A model generated the notes under the pieces. The model was not told the DNA's origin and made no database searches. It saw only the letters and a program-made list of their open reading frames with translations. A stretch of DNA of 63,845 bases, counting the filler. It is 4 parts of 4 records of this genome, joined end to end, with 100 filler letters (N's around TTAATTAATTAA, not from the genome) between each part and the next. Parts side by side here need not be neighbours in the genome. Positions count along the whole stretch, not along the records: positions 14,205 to 40,894 come from SRR22947727_1300; 3 more parts are not named here. The stretch is one strand, 5' to 3'. Every line of letters starts with the position of its first letter. Position 1 is the stretch's first letter. The position numbers were made by a program, and so were the translations under genes. Below, piece by piece: positions 28,534 through 37,555 of the stretch.

Positions 28534-29215
28534 ATTCTTTGGCTTGTTGACAAGTCTATTTGTTGTGTTCTTTGTATGGATGTCATTTTCCAAAGTCGAT
28601 ATAACTTCTGTCGCCAACGGACTGGTAATACCTGAAAAAAATATCACAACACTTGGCACAATGGTTACAGGAGAAATTGTGAAAGTGAACCACAAGCAAG
28701 GAGACGTGGTTAAAAAAGGCGACATCATAATCACAATTAATCCTGGAGTAGGATACGAACCTTATCACATACGAGCAAACATAGATGGGAAGATACAACA
28801 ACTTACATTTAAAAATCCAGGCTCTGTGGTAAAACAAGGTGACGCACTGGCAGTGCTGGTACCCCTAGATCAAAAATTAATTGTTCAAGGACAATTGCAA
28901 ATAAAAGACAGAGGCTATGTAGAAGTAGGACAAACAGCAAAAATTAAATTGGCAAGTTCAGAAGCATTCACATACCTTCCAATAGTAGCCAAAATAATTT
29001 CCATATCTCCTGATGCTGTACAAGGACAAGCAATGTCGTTCTATGAAATAGAATTAGAATTAGATTCACAGGCTTTTGCCAACGGAGACTTGCAGTACAA
29101 ACTAGTGCCTGGTGTACAAGTACACGTGTTTATCTTGACTGGAGAACGTACAATATTGAGTTACGTGACAACACCTTTTCACAACAGCATAGGACAGGCC
29201 CTACAAGAGAGATAA
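28490..29215 (+). CDS. Miniature HlyD-family membrane fusion protein
   Basis: TM anchor, lipoyl halves (GDVVKKGD...IRANIDGKI), ISPDA, LVPGVQV..FILTGERTILSY...ALQER C-terminus. Confidence 0.87.
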   Translation: MTEQQQKSSISSNNKFFGLLTSLFVVFFVWMSFSKVDITSVANGLVIPEKNITTLGTMVTGEIVKVNHKQGDVVKKGDIIITINPGVGYEPYHIRANIDGKIQQLTFKNPGSVVKQGDALAVLVPLDQKLIVQGQLQIKDRGYVEVGQTAKIKLASSEAFTYLPIVAKIISISPDAVQGQAMSFYEIELELDSQAFANGDLQYKLVPGVQVHVFILTGERTILSYVTTPFHNSIGQALQER

Positions 29216-29216
29216 C

Positions 29217-29573
29217 ATGGAACAAAAGAAATTAACAATCAGGGAAAGATGGCGTAAGGCCATGACTGCGGACAACATGGTTGATCTCAGTGTTGACATC
29301 TTCCTCATTGTGTTCGACGTGTTGAGCTCTCCCATACTGATCGTCATGAGAATTGTGCGTTGGATATTGGCCAAGTTCGTCAATGACCATGTAAAGAGTT
29401 TTATCAAGAGGATAGTGCATTGGTTCTTGGACAACAGGAAGATCAGACTAGAACGAGGACAGAACATATTCCGTTACTACTGGTACCTGTGGATGTTGAG
29501 TCCTTTTATTGTTTTTGCGTTGTGGATGCTGATAGCAGTCACAATAGGATTAAGACAAGGTGCAGGACTGTAA
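29217..29573 (+). CDS. Small membrane protein within the T1SS-cyclase cassette
   Basis: 118 aa, hydrophobic segments, TAATG coupling to cyclase. Confidence 0.65.
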   Translation: MEQKKLTIRERWRKAMTADNMVDLSVDIFLIVFDVLSSPILIVMRIVRWILAKFVNDHVKSFIKRIVHWFLDNRKIRLERGQNIFRYYWYLWMLSPFIVFALWMLIAVTIGLRQGAGL

Positions 29574-31498
29574 TGAAGATATTCACAAGCATATGGATGG
29601 TGATAGTGTTTGCGATTGTGCTGACAGGAATCAGGATAAACAACAGCGACACAGTAAAAATTATTAGATATAAGACTTGGGACAAATTTCAAACAATTCA
29701 ACCAAGACAGATGGTAAGTGATTCTGTCACTGTTGTAAACATCACAGAACAAGATATTAAGACGTATGGACAATGGCCATGGCCCAGACATGTGATGGCT
29801 ATGCTACACGCAGAGTTGTCTGATGCAGGTGCAATCCTTGTGAACTACAATATAATGTTTGCTGAACCAGACAGAATGAGTGGTGTTGAATATCTAAAAT
29901 CAATGCCTATGACCAATAATTTGCGAGAGCAATTGGGACAAGCATTGTTGGACACAGATGCAATATTCTCCATAGTGTTGAAAGAATCTAAGAAAGCCAT
30001 TTTAATGATGAGTGTTAAAAACACTGCTGACACAAACTTACCCAGCACAACACAGATCATAGAAAAAGGCAACGTGAAGCCATGGTTATACGAGTATGAA
30101 GGCATAGTGTCCCCAAATGCAAAAGTTTCCGTAGGTGCAACAGGCATGGGTGTGAATGTTACTTCACCGGAACCAGATGCTGTTGTGAGAAAGATGCCTG
30201 TGTTAATACGTGTGGGAGATAAGATATATCCCTCTATGCTACTAGAGAATGTTAGACTTTTAAATAAATCAAAAAGAATCAAAGTCATAGCAAAACAACA
30301 CGGCATAGACGAAGTGCTTGTGAGCAAGAAGGCAGGTATACCTGTGAATCATAATGCAGAAATGTATATCAACTATGCAGACCCTTCAATGTATGTTAAT
30401 GTGTCAGCCACAGATATACTGACAGGCAATTACAACGAAAACAAAGTTAAAGGCAGAATTATTGTTATAGGTTTGGATGCCGCAGGATTGAGTGTGTTGA
30501 AATATACACCGCATGGACTTACAACAGATCAAATGATTACTGCCCAATCATTGGATACATTGTTAACAGGCAAATATTTGTTGCGTACACCACAAGCAGA
30601 CACATATGAAATTGCGTTCCTGGCGTTGTTATTATTGCTGTTGATATTAGTACTGCCTAGAACCAGTGTGTTGTTGGCTGTACCTCTTTTATTATTTGTG
30701 GAAGTAGGTGTTGCCTACGGAGCATTCACGGCATACACTAACAAAGGATTTCTTGTAGACCCATCTTGGATAATGTTGTCTGTGTTTTTAATTTGGTCTC
30801 ATTCTGTGTACAACAACTTTGCGACACAGAGCAGATTGAAACAACAGATCAAGAAACAGTTTGAACACTACCTTGATCCTGGCATGGTTAAAAAATTACA
30901 AAAGGATCCCAGCCTACTTAAACTGGGAGGCGAGACAAAGAACATGACTTTCTTGTTCTGTGACATCAGGGGCTTCACACCTATCAGTGAGAAGTACAAA
31001 GGCAATCCAGCAGGACTCACAAAACTTATTAATAGATTCTTGACACGCATGACAGATGTTATAATCTCAAATGGTGGAACAATAGACAAGTTTATGGGTG
31101 ACTGTATTATGGCATTCTGGAACGCACCTATTGAAAATAAAAAACACAGAGAACTAGCAGTTAAAAGTTCTTTGGAAATGACTGTGGCATTGGCAGAATT
31201 GAATATGCATCTACAAGCAGAAGGACTTCCACAGATCAACATAGGAATAGGAATCAACACAGGCGATGCATTGGTGGGTAACATGGGATCGGAACAGAGA
31301 TTTGATTACTCTGTGATTGGCGATGCAGTTAATCTAGCAAGTAGATTAGAGAGCTCATCTAAAACATTAGGCAAAACCATAGTGATAGGTGAGAACACAA
31401 GACACACAATAGAAACAGTTTACCCGTTTGAGTACATTGACAGCATCACAGTCAAAGGTAAGACTGAAAATATAAAAGTTTATACTATTCCTTTATAG
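29573..31498 (+). CDS. CHASE2-domain class III adenylate cyclase
   Basis: CHASE2 GQWPWPR, PEPDAVVRK; TM helices; FCDIRGFT, IDKFMGDCIMAFWNAP, GINTG, RFDYSVIGDAVNLASRLES, VKGK; start ATG 29573. Confidence 0.93.
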   Translation: MKIFTSIWMVIVFAIVLTGIRINNSDTVKIIRYKTWDKFQTIQPRQMVSDSVTVVNITEQDIKTYGQWPWPRHVMAMLHAELSDAGAILVNYNIMFAEPDRMSGVEYLKSMPMTNNLREQLGQALLDTDAIFSIVLKESKKAILMMSVKNTADTNLPSTTQIIEKGNVKPWLYEYEGIVSPNAKVSVGATGMGVNVTSPEPDAVVRKMPVLIRVGDKIYPSMLLENVRLLNKSKRIKVIAKQHGIDEVLVSKKAGIPVNHNAEMYINYADPSMYVNVSATDILTGNYNENKVKGRIIVIGLDAAGLSVLKYTPHGLTTDQMITAQSLDTLLTGKYLLRTPQADTYEIAFLALLLLLLILVLPRTSVLLAVPLLLFVEVGVAYGAFTAYTNKGFLVDPSWIMLSVFLIWSHSVYNNFATQSRLKQQIKKQFEHYLDPGMVKKLQKDPSLLKLGGETKNMTFLFCDIRGFTPISEKYKGNPAGLTKLINRFLTRMTDVIISNGGTIDKFMGDCIMAFWNAPIENKKHRELAVKSSLEMTVALAELNMHLQAEGLPQINIGIGINTGDALVGNMGSEQRFDYSVIGDAVNLASRLESSSKTLGKTIVIGENTRHTIETVYPFEYIDSITVKGKTENIKVYTIPL

Positions 31499-31628
31499 AA
31501 TCTTTATCTATTTCTTTTACAGCAACAACTTCTTTGGGTTCATATGTTTCGTCCCAGCAACAGTCATCTCGGGAAACACACGTGCTCTCTACATATACTT
31601 TTTTGCTCTTCTTTTGATCTTCGTACAT
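31485..31628 (-). CDS. 47-aa Cys-containing peptide
   Basis: AAGGAG RBS before ATG 31628; MYEDQKK...TCVSRDDCCWD. Confidence 0.55.
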   Translation of the reverse strand: MYEDQKKSKKVYVESTCVSRDDCCWDETYEPKEVVAVKEIDKDSIKE

Positions 31629-31640
31629 TGTATTCTCCTT

Positions 31641-31769
31641 TTGTAAAATAATACTTGTAAATTTACTTATAGTAAACTTATAGTAAATTTTGTCGAAAAT
31701 CAATGTCTAAGGTGTAAATTGTGTTGAATGTTTGTAAATTTAAATTTACAAAATTTACAAATAGTAAAT
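31641..31769. repeat. Cluster of GTAAA(T) motifs with an 11-bp tandem repeat and a 22-bp perfect palindrome
   Basis: ACTTATAGTAA x2 (31665-31686); TTTGTAAATTTAAATTTACAAA (31731-31752). Confidence 0.65.
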
Positions 31770-31996
31770 TATTTTTTCTTTTCTCTAGCAGTTTTGACTT
31801 TGGTCTGTAATCTTATCAAATCGTTGTCGAGCAACCTTATCCTATCTATGAGTTTGATTAGTGTTGCTGACGTAGAACTCAACTTGGGTGTGATTTCTGT
31901 TGTAATAAACTTCCACAGGAAGTAAATGAAGTATGCTAGAAAGAATACAGCAACAATAGGAAATCCGTAATCGTTTATGAGTGTAACTATGTCCAT
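31769..31996 (-). CDS. Small single-TM coiled-coil protein (YvrJ/BhlA-like)
   Basis: INDYGFPIVAV + TM + LIDRIRLLDNDLIRL. Confidence 0.7.
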   Translation of the reverse strand: MDIVTLINDYGFPIVAVFFLAYFIYFLWKFITTEITPKLSSTSATLIKLIDRIRLLDNDLIRLQTKVKTAREKKK

Positions 31997-32277
31997 TAGT
32001 CTTTCCTCGCATCTGACTTGCCGTCTGCTCTAGCCACCCTGTCTGTGTCTATTGGCAATCCCAGTTGCTCGGAAACCTCCTGGTCTATTTTGAGTATGTC
32101 GTTGTTCATGGTCTTTACTCTGTTGTCCAGTTGTGAGATCACGCTCTCGATGAACTTGATGGAGTTTACTATGCCATTCAGGATGTATTTTATAATGAAC
32201 AGTATGAACACACCCATTCCCACCGTGGCGGCAATTGGTAATCCTAGCTCTGCTACTAATTGAAAGAACTGTGTCAT
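31996..32277 (-). CDS. Small single-TM coiled-coil protein, paralogue of downstream gene
   Basis: VAELGLPIAA + TM + LDNRVKTMNNDILKI; TATAAATA 8 nt upstream of ATG 32277. Confidence 0.7.
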   Translation of the reverse strand: MTQFFQLVAELGLPIAATVGMGVFILFIIKYILNGIVNSIKFIESVISQLDNRVKTMNNDILKIDQEVSEQLGLPIDTDRVARADGKSDARKD

Positions 32278-32320
32278 TATGTGTGTATTTATAGGCAGTT
32301 GTACACTAGGAATTAAAAGA

Positions 32321-32349
32321 TTGACAACCAAAAATACACCTGCTATACT
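32321..32349 (+). promoter_or_regulatory. Sigma70-type promoter
   Basis: TTGACA-N17-TATACT with extended TG. Confidence 0.65.
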
Positions 32350-32409
32350 GTGACTGCACAGTTTAATATTAGGATTTAATCGGTAAATACTAAAAAGTAG
32401 GCTAGAACT

Positions 32410-32676
32410 ATGAAAAAACATACCAGAAGCATATTAGACGAATTAAGAAACATTGGCAGAATTAACGATGTTGAAGCCTTTATTGAGACCACAGGCTCAA
32501 ATATCATCGAAAGTGCAGTGAATCTGCTCAATACTATAAAAGAAAATTATCCAGAGGACACAGCACAAGAACTGGAGAGAAGATTTTTAAACAGTATTCG
32601 TAACAAAGAAGCCAAAAAGTTTCAAGTTGGTGTGAAGAAGATAATTGAAAGTAAAAAATTAGATGACAATTCTTAA
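32410..32676 (+). CDS. Phage hypothetical protein
   Basis: 88 aa; first gene of a long co-directional block. Confidence 0.7.
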   Translation: MKKHTRSILDELRNIGRINDVEAFIETTGSNIIESAVNLLNTIKENYPEDTAQELERRFLNSIRNKEAKKFQVGVKKIIESKKLDDNS

Positions 32677-33415
32677 AGAAGGCGGCAACATATTCAAAGA
32701 CCCCAACGGAGAACTAGCCACTCAGAGAATTAATCAAGCAGATGTGGCTCCCACACTTGCCTGGTTGGAAAAAATCACAGGATTAGACCTACAAAGTAAT
32801 ATGTTGGGCACAACAGGAAAAGCACCAACATCGGGTGACTTGGATGTTGCAGTGGATCAAAGTAAGATTTCAAAAGACCAGTTGGCAGACACATTAACAC
32901 AATGGGCTATAAAGAACAAACAAGATCCTAAACTGTGGGTAAAGAAGAGTGGCATCAGTGTTCATTTTAAAACTCCTATCAGAGGCAGTGCAAAGAATGG
33001 ATATGTCCAATCAGATTTAATGTTTGGAGATCCAGACTGGATGCGTTGGAGTCTTCAAGGTGGACAACCTGGCTCACCATACAAAGGTGCAGACAGACAC
33101 GTGATGATGGCATCAATTGCCAAACCACTTGGATTCAAATGGAGTCACAAAGCAGGATTATTAAACAGAGACACAAATGAACCTATCACTAAAGATCCTA
33201 ACAAGATTGCTGAACTGTTATTAGGCAAAGGTGCAACTGCAAATGATTTAAACACAGTGGAATCTATTCATGCAAAAATAAAAAATAGATCAGACTATGA
33301 TACGTTGGTTGCTGATGTAAAAGATTCATTTGCTAAAGTGGGTAAGACATTGCCAGAAAGTATTAAAGATCCAATTGGATGGTACAGAGCAATACTAAAC
33401 AAAATTAAAATATGA
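32663..33415 (+). CDS. Putative Pol-beta-superfamily nucleotidyltransferase
   Basis: LGTTGK...SGDLDVAVD (hG[ST]..DxD) and YVQSDLM third acidic residue. Confidence 0.65.
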   Translation: MTILKEGGNIFKDPNGELATQRINQADVAPTLAWLEKITGLDLQSNMLGTTGKAPTSGDLDVAVDQSKISKDQLADTLTQWAIKNKQDPKLWVKKSGISVHFKTPIRGSAKNGYVQSDLMFGDPDWMRWSLQGGQPGSPYKGADRHVMMASIAKPLGFKWSHKAGLLNRDTNEPITKDPNKIAELLLGKGATANDLNTVESIHAKIKNRSDYDTLVADVKDSFAKVGKTLPESIKDPIGWYRAILNKIKI

Positions 33416-34545
33416 GACTAGTAGAATTTAAAGAAGTTGACAAAAAGAATGTCGCTCTCAAAGAATCAAGAATTCAACATGCAGAAGATTTAATTTTCTG
33501 GGAAGGTTCTAGAGGAGCCATAAGAGCAATTGAACAATTACAATCATTAAGCAAAAGCACACAGTCACTCACAATTAAATGGGACGGTTCACCTGCTGTG
33601 GTGTTTGGCAGAAATCCTAATGGAGAATTTATTTTTACAGACAAGTCAGGCTTTGTGGCAAAAGGTTATGACGGTAGAGCAACTAACTCAGCAGACTTAA
33701 AAAGTGCTATTGTGGGAAGAGGAAAAGATCCTACAAAAAAGAAAGCACAGGCACAGTATGCTTCTAAAATGGCATCAGTGTTTGATACTGTGCAACAAGC
33801 AGTGCCTGAAAACGTTCAAGGATATTTTGTTGGAGACATGTTGTATTTTCAAACTCCTAAAAAAGCAGGCGACAAATTTATATTCAAACCCAATGTGGTT
33901 CAGTATGCAGTGGATGTTAACAGCGAGATAGGACAACAGATTGCCAACAGCAGTGTGGGTGTTGTTGTGCACCACAAAATGACTGAAGACGGTAAAGTAT
34001 TACCTATTAATGATTTAGATATGATTCAAGGCAGTGTGTTGGCAATACCACCTACCACACTCAATAAGAAAGATCCAATACAAGTAAAAGGATTGGATCA
34101 ATTAAAATCACTACTCTCCAACAGTGGAGCAGAAATAGACAAATTGTTGAACAAGAACAAGATAGCAGAAATGAAACTGACTGATCTACCCAACATTTTA
34201 TACACCTACACCAACAGCAAAGTGGACACAGGATTAAACAGATTGGGTGAAGATTTTTTGAGATGGTTGGCGGCAAGTGCTGTGAGTCAACCCAAAAGAA
34301 TTAAAATTAAAGAATATGTAACAGCAAACATACAAGCATTCAGCAAACTGTGGATTTTGGTTGGCGGAATAATGAAAGTCAAAGATTCAATCATCAATCA
34401 GTTGGATCAAGCACAAGGCGACATAACAGCAACAATCAACGGCAAACCAGGTGGTGAAGGCTATGTTTTAGGCTCTCCAGAGGGTAATATTAAATTAGTG
34501 AAACGTTCTGGCTTCACGAAAGCCAACAGAGCGATAAATAGATAG
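33412..34545 (+). CDS. Putative ATP-dependent ligase-fold protein (DUF6267-like)
   Basis: KWDG (motif I), FVGDMLY (III), EGYV (IV), IKLV (V). Confidence 0.6.
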   Translation: MRLVEFKEVDKKNVALKESRIQHAEDLIFWEGSRGAIRAIEQLQSLSKSTQSLTIKWDGSPAVVFGRNPNGEFIFTDKSGFVAKGYDGRATNSADLKSAIVGRGKDPTKKKAQAQYASKMASVFDTVQQAVPENVQGYFVGDMLYFQTPKKAGDKFIFKPNVVQYAVDVNSEIGQQIANSSVGVVVHHKMTEDGKVLPINDLDMIQGSVLAIPPTTLNKKDPIQVKGLDQLKSLLSNSGAEIDKLLNKNKIAEMKLTDLPNILYTYTNSKVDTGLNRLGEDFLRWLAASAVSQPKRIKIKEYVTANIQAFSKLWILVGGIMKVKDSIINQLDQAQGDITATINGKPGGEGYVLGSPEGNIKLVKRSGFTKANRAINR

Positions 34546-34555
34546 GGAGAACAAA

Positions 34556-34945
34556 ATGAAAGCAAAAGAATTTATTAGAGAATTTAGAGACATAGATCCA
34601 GCAGATGATCCAAATGCAGGTATGGATCAAGAGTTCAAACAGGATCCTATATTTCATCAATTGGGTAAAATATTAGACAGCAGAGGCAATCCAAATCCGT
34701 TAGACACAGTGATAACAGATGATGGCAAAAAATTTAAAGTAACATTTAAACAAGCCACAGTGTTGAGAAGATTATTAACTGCACCCAGTGTTAAACCTAA
34801 TATTAAAGCACAGTTTACAAAAGATCTTCAACAAAGTCAAACACTTGAAAAGTATTTACAAGCAGATGACATGGTAGAGTTGTTTATTTCTACGTATAAT
34901 CCAGAAAAAACAGAACCTAGTCCATACACCAAATACGAAAACTAA
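34556..34945 (+). CDS. Putative internal head protein
   Basis: MKAKEFIRE N-terminus; GGGAGA RBS; TAAATA at 34535. Confidence 0.65.
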   Translation: MKAKEFIREFRDIDPADDPNAGMDQEFKQDPIFHQLGKILDSRGNPNPLDTVITDDGKKFKVTFKQATVLRRLLTAPSVKPNIKAQFTKDLQQSQTLEKYLQADDMVELFISTYNPEKTEPSPYTKYEN

Positions 34946-34970
34946 GACAGAGGATTTGTCCGTTTCAATT

Positions 34971-35873
34971 ATGACGACAAAACTATCAACACACACTGAC
35001 ACTTCACTGGACTTTCTAAGTTCACTGTTTGAAGCACGTATGACTCGTGACTCACAGGATCATAAAGTTCTTACCTACACAGATTGTGCTGAAAGATTGT
35101 ATATCACACTGTTGATACTGCAACTGTTGAATCAATATCCCACATACAGACAGTTGGCTTCCAAGTATTCCAGAGACACAAAACATTCAAACTACGATAG
35201 ATTCAGAATGTATTCCACAGATCTATACAACTTTGTGTATTTTGTGACAGGTGACGAAGAAGCAATGAACAAATTGAAAGATCCAGACGGTGCCAAAGCA
35301 ATGAGGAAGAAAAGCAGATTCCCCACAATGGCATTCAATAGATATTTGTCAGCATTACAACAGGGATTGATAGCACCCAGTATCATGCAGGTGTTTTTAA
35401 ATATTGAATCAGGACTTAACATACAAAACACAGACTACAAGTCAATCAGAAGAAGTCTATTTCAATTCAGCACACTGTCTACACGTGACAAACAAAATCT
35501 AGTTACAAGACTGCTTCATGCCGCCAGAGCCAAATTGAGAAGTTCAGACAGCATAGAGCATTTGGAAAAATTAGCCTCAGACAGAAATCTTGAAACAGGC
35601 AGAGTGAACGATGCTGAACCAAAAGTGAGTGTGCCAGATGTGAGTACTCAAGGCAAAGACCTTGCACTGTATAGATACATCATGGGTGGCAAAAATCTTG
35701 TGGCAGTGAAACGTTTTATAGATTCAGCACTGTCAGGCAAATCAATACCTTCTGCGATTGTGCAGGCATATCTACCAGCAATTCAACTGATAGATGATAT
35801 TGTGAAAGCCGGACCAGCATACGTGAGTGTGCTAAAAGCACTGCAATCTAGAGCCAAAAAGAGCCGTAAATAA
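34971..35873 (+). CDS. Phage hypothetical protein
   Basis: About 300-aa ORF in late block; GAGGA upstream. Confidence 0.75.
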   Translation: MTTKLSTHTDTSLDFLSSLFEARMTRDSQDHKVLTYTDCAERLYITLLILQLLNQYPTYRQLASKYSRDTKHSNYDRFRMYSTDLYNFVYFVTGDEEAMNKLKDPDGAKAMRKKSRFPTMAFNRYLSALQQGLIAPSIMQVFLNIESGLNIQNTDYKSIRRSLFQFSTLSTRDKQNLVTRLLHAARAKLRSSDSIEHLEKLASDRNLETGRVNDAEPKVSVPDVSTQGKDLALYRYIMGGKNLVAVKRFIDSALSGKSIPSAIVQAYLPAIQLIDDIVKAGPAYVSVLKALQSRAKKSRK

Positions 35874-35903
35874 TATAGTATCACACAATTATTACCAAAA
35901 CCT

Positions 35904-35939
35904 TATAAATACTTGCATATACACTTCGGAGCGAAGTGT
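35904..35939 (+). promoter_or_regulatory. T4-type late promoter TATAAATA with 5' hairpin
   Basis: TATAAATA 35904-35911; ACACTTCG-GAG-CGAAGTGT 35921-35939. Confidence 0.7.
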
Positions 35940-35968
35940 GTCATTAACAAGAAAAAAGGAGAAAAATA

Positions 35969-36304
35969 ATGGCATCATTAACATCAAATGCAAAAGCAAA
36001 AGCAGGCAACGGAACTGGTCCTAGAACTAGAATCATCAACCTTGCCAAATCAAACATGACACAAGCGGAATTAGACGCGGCAATCCGATACCTACAAGCA
36101 GGTGACGTTGCAGGCACTAACGATGCACACACAGTGGCAGGTGTTTCAGTACTTACAGAAAACGGTGTTTTCACTACTGGTGTAACTGACGCAGTACAAG
36201 TAGCAATCCAAGGCACAGGCGTAGCAACAATGGCGACTGACTTTGGAACAGGTTCAACTGGTATCACAGCAACTTTAATTGCTGAATATATCGACAGAGC
36301 ATAA
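35969..36304 (+). CDS. Small Ala/Gly/Thr-rich putative virion (decoration-type) protein
   Basis: AAGGAG RBS, own late promoter and terminator. Confidence 0.7.
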   Translation: MASLTSNAKAKAGNGTGPRTRIINLAKSNMTQAELDAAIRYLQAGDVAGTNDAHTVAGVSVLTENGVFTTGVTDAVQVAIQGTGVATMATDFGTGSTGITATLIAEYIDRA

Positions 36305-36323
36305 TTCTTAATTGAATAACTGA

Positions 36324-36356
36324 AAGAGCGTTCAGGAAACTGGACGCTCTTTTTTT
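36324..36356 (+). terminator. Rho-independent terminator
   Basis: AAGAGCGTTCAG-GAAA-CTGGACGCTCTT + T tract. Confidence 0.88.
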
Positions 36357-36392
36357 GTGACTTATAAGTACGTATGCTAGGAACAACAGCAT

Positions 36393-36797
36393 ATGAGATA
36401 CAAAATTTTATCATTATTAGATATAACAAAAACTGGAGCTCGTCGTGATCGTAACAGAGACAGTAAGACAATTGATCAATTCAGCAACTACATGTCATTT
36501 GAAAATTCTTTGCAACTGCGATCCAATATGAACATTGTTTCCGGACCCTCAGCAGAACGACAAGACATCACCAATTTGATATTTGGCGACAACTATCAGG
36601 GAGAACACATGGTGTGGACAGTGATAGTTGAACCTGACTTTCCTGACGCTGTCAATATGGATACACTGAAACAAGACTTTGATTTGGTACCCATGTTGAT
36701 TGGACTGGATGAATCTGTCAATATTAAAACAGGTGTGTTCAGAACCATGGACACGGACCATACCAACATCATGTTTATTAAACAGTTAGATAACTGA
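36393..36797 (+). CDS. Phage hypothetical protein
   Basis: 134 aa; TATAAGTA at 36363. Confidence 0.7.
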   Translation: MRYKILSLLDITKTGARRDRNRDSKTIDQFSNYMSFENSLQLRSNMNIVSGPSAERQDITNLIFGDNYQGEHMVWTVIVEPDFPDAVNMDTLKQDFDLVPMLIGLDESVNIKTGVFRTMDTDHTNIMFIKQLDN

Positions 36798-36902
36798 GAC
36801 TAACAAAGAATAAATAAATGTATAAGGCTTATTGAGACATAAAATACAGGCAACAACTTCCAAGAGAAATAAAATTGATATAATAACCGGAAGAGAGAGA
36901 AA

Positions 36903-37136
36903 ATGGCTACAGAGCTAGAGAAACAAAATTTAGAAGCACACGTTGATTTGTGTGAACAAAGATACAAAAACCTTGAATCTCGTTTGGATAAAATCGAGGA
37001 GAAGGTGGAAGATATCCACACAGACATTCAACATGGCAACAAAAGCATGGTGAAAGTGATCATTGGTGCCACAGGCACAATAGTTGCTGGACTGTTATCC
37101 ACTATTGTTGTGTTATTATTAAAATTTCCAGGTTAA
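36903..37136 (+). CDS. Coiled-coil protein with C-terminal TM (XhlA/holin-like)
   Basis: LESRLDKIEEKVEDI followed by hydrophobic helix. Confidence 0.6.
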   Translation: MATELEKQNLEAHVDLCEQRYKNLESRLDKIEEKVEDIHTDIQHGNKSMVKVIIGATGTIVAGLLSTIVVLLLKFPG

Positions 37137-37186
37137 TTCAAACACCCCCCACAACTGCTAAATATTCATACTAGACAGGGTAAAGC

Positions 37187-37555
37187 ATGAAAATTACAGA
37201 AATAATTACAGAATCAGTTGTTCAGATTTGGTCACGTACCAAAGCAGGTCAAATGGTTAGAAAGTACAGATGCACAGCAGGACCTAGAAAAGGTCGTGTG
37301 GTCAGTAAACCTTCTGTGTGTACACAGCCTAAAAAAATGTCATCTGTGATGGCAATCAAAAAAGCCAAAGCAAGATCTGGATCCACAATGAAAATTAAGA
37401 GAACTAGAACAAAGAAAACTGCTGGAGCAAGTATTAGACTAGGCAAACTGAATAGACCCAGTACATCAAGAAACAGACCAAACAGAAGAAGAAGTGTCAG
37501 TAGAAAAACATTCAGAAGAAGCGGTGGCGGAAAAAGGAAAGCAATCAGCACATGA
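37187..37555 (+). CDS. Highly basic putative DNA-binding internal head protein
   Basis: MKITEIITE N-terminus; Arg/Lys-rich; two Cys. Confidence 0.7.
   Translation: MKITEIITESVVQIWSRTKAGQMVRKYRCTAGPRKGRVVSKPSVCTQPKKMSSVMAIKKAKARSGSTMKIKRTRTKKTAGASIRLGKLNRPSTSRNRPNRRRSVSRKTFRRSGGGKRKAIST

Noticed and set aside
29420-29572. ORF-track N-terminal extensions (cyclase, 15605, 22413, 32421, 52246, 61829)
   Set aside because: They overlap neighbouring genes, promoters or introns; downstream ATGs have better coupling or motif support
31731-31752. CRP site near the cyclase
   Set aside because: Half-sites are TGTAA-N8-TTACA, not TGTGA-N6-TCACA
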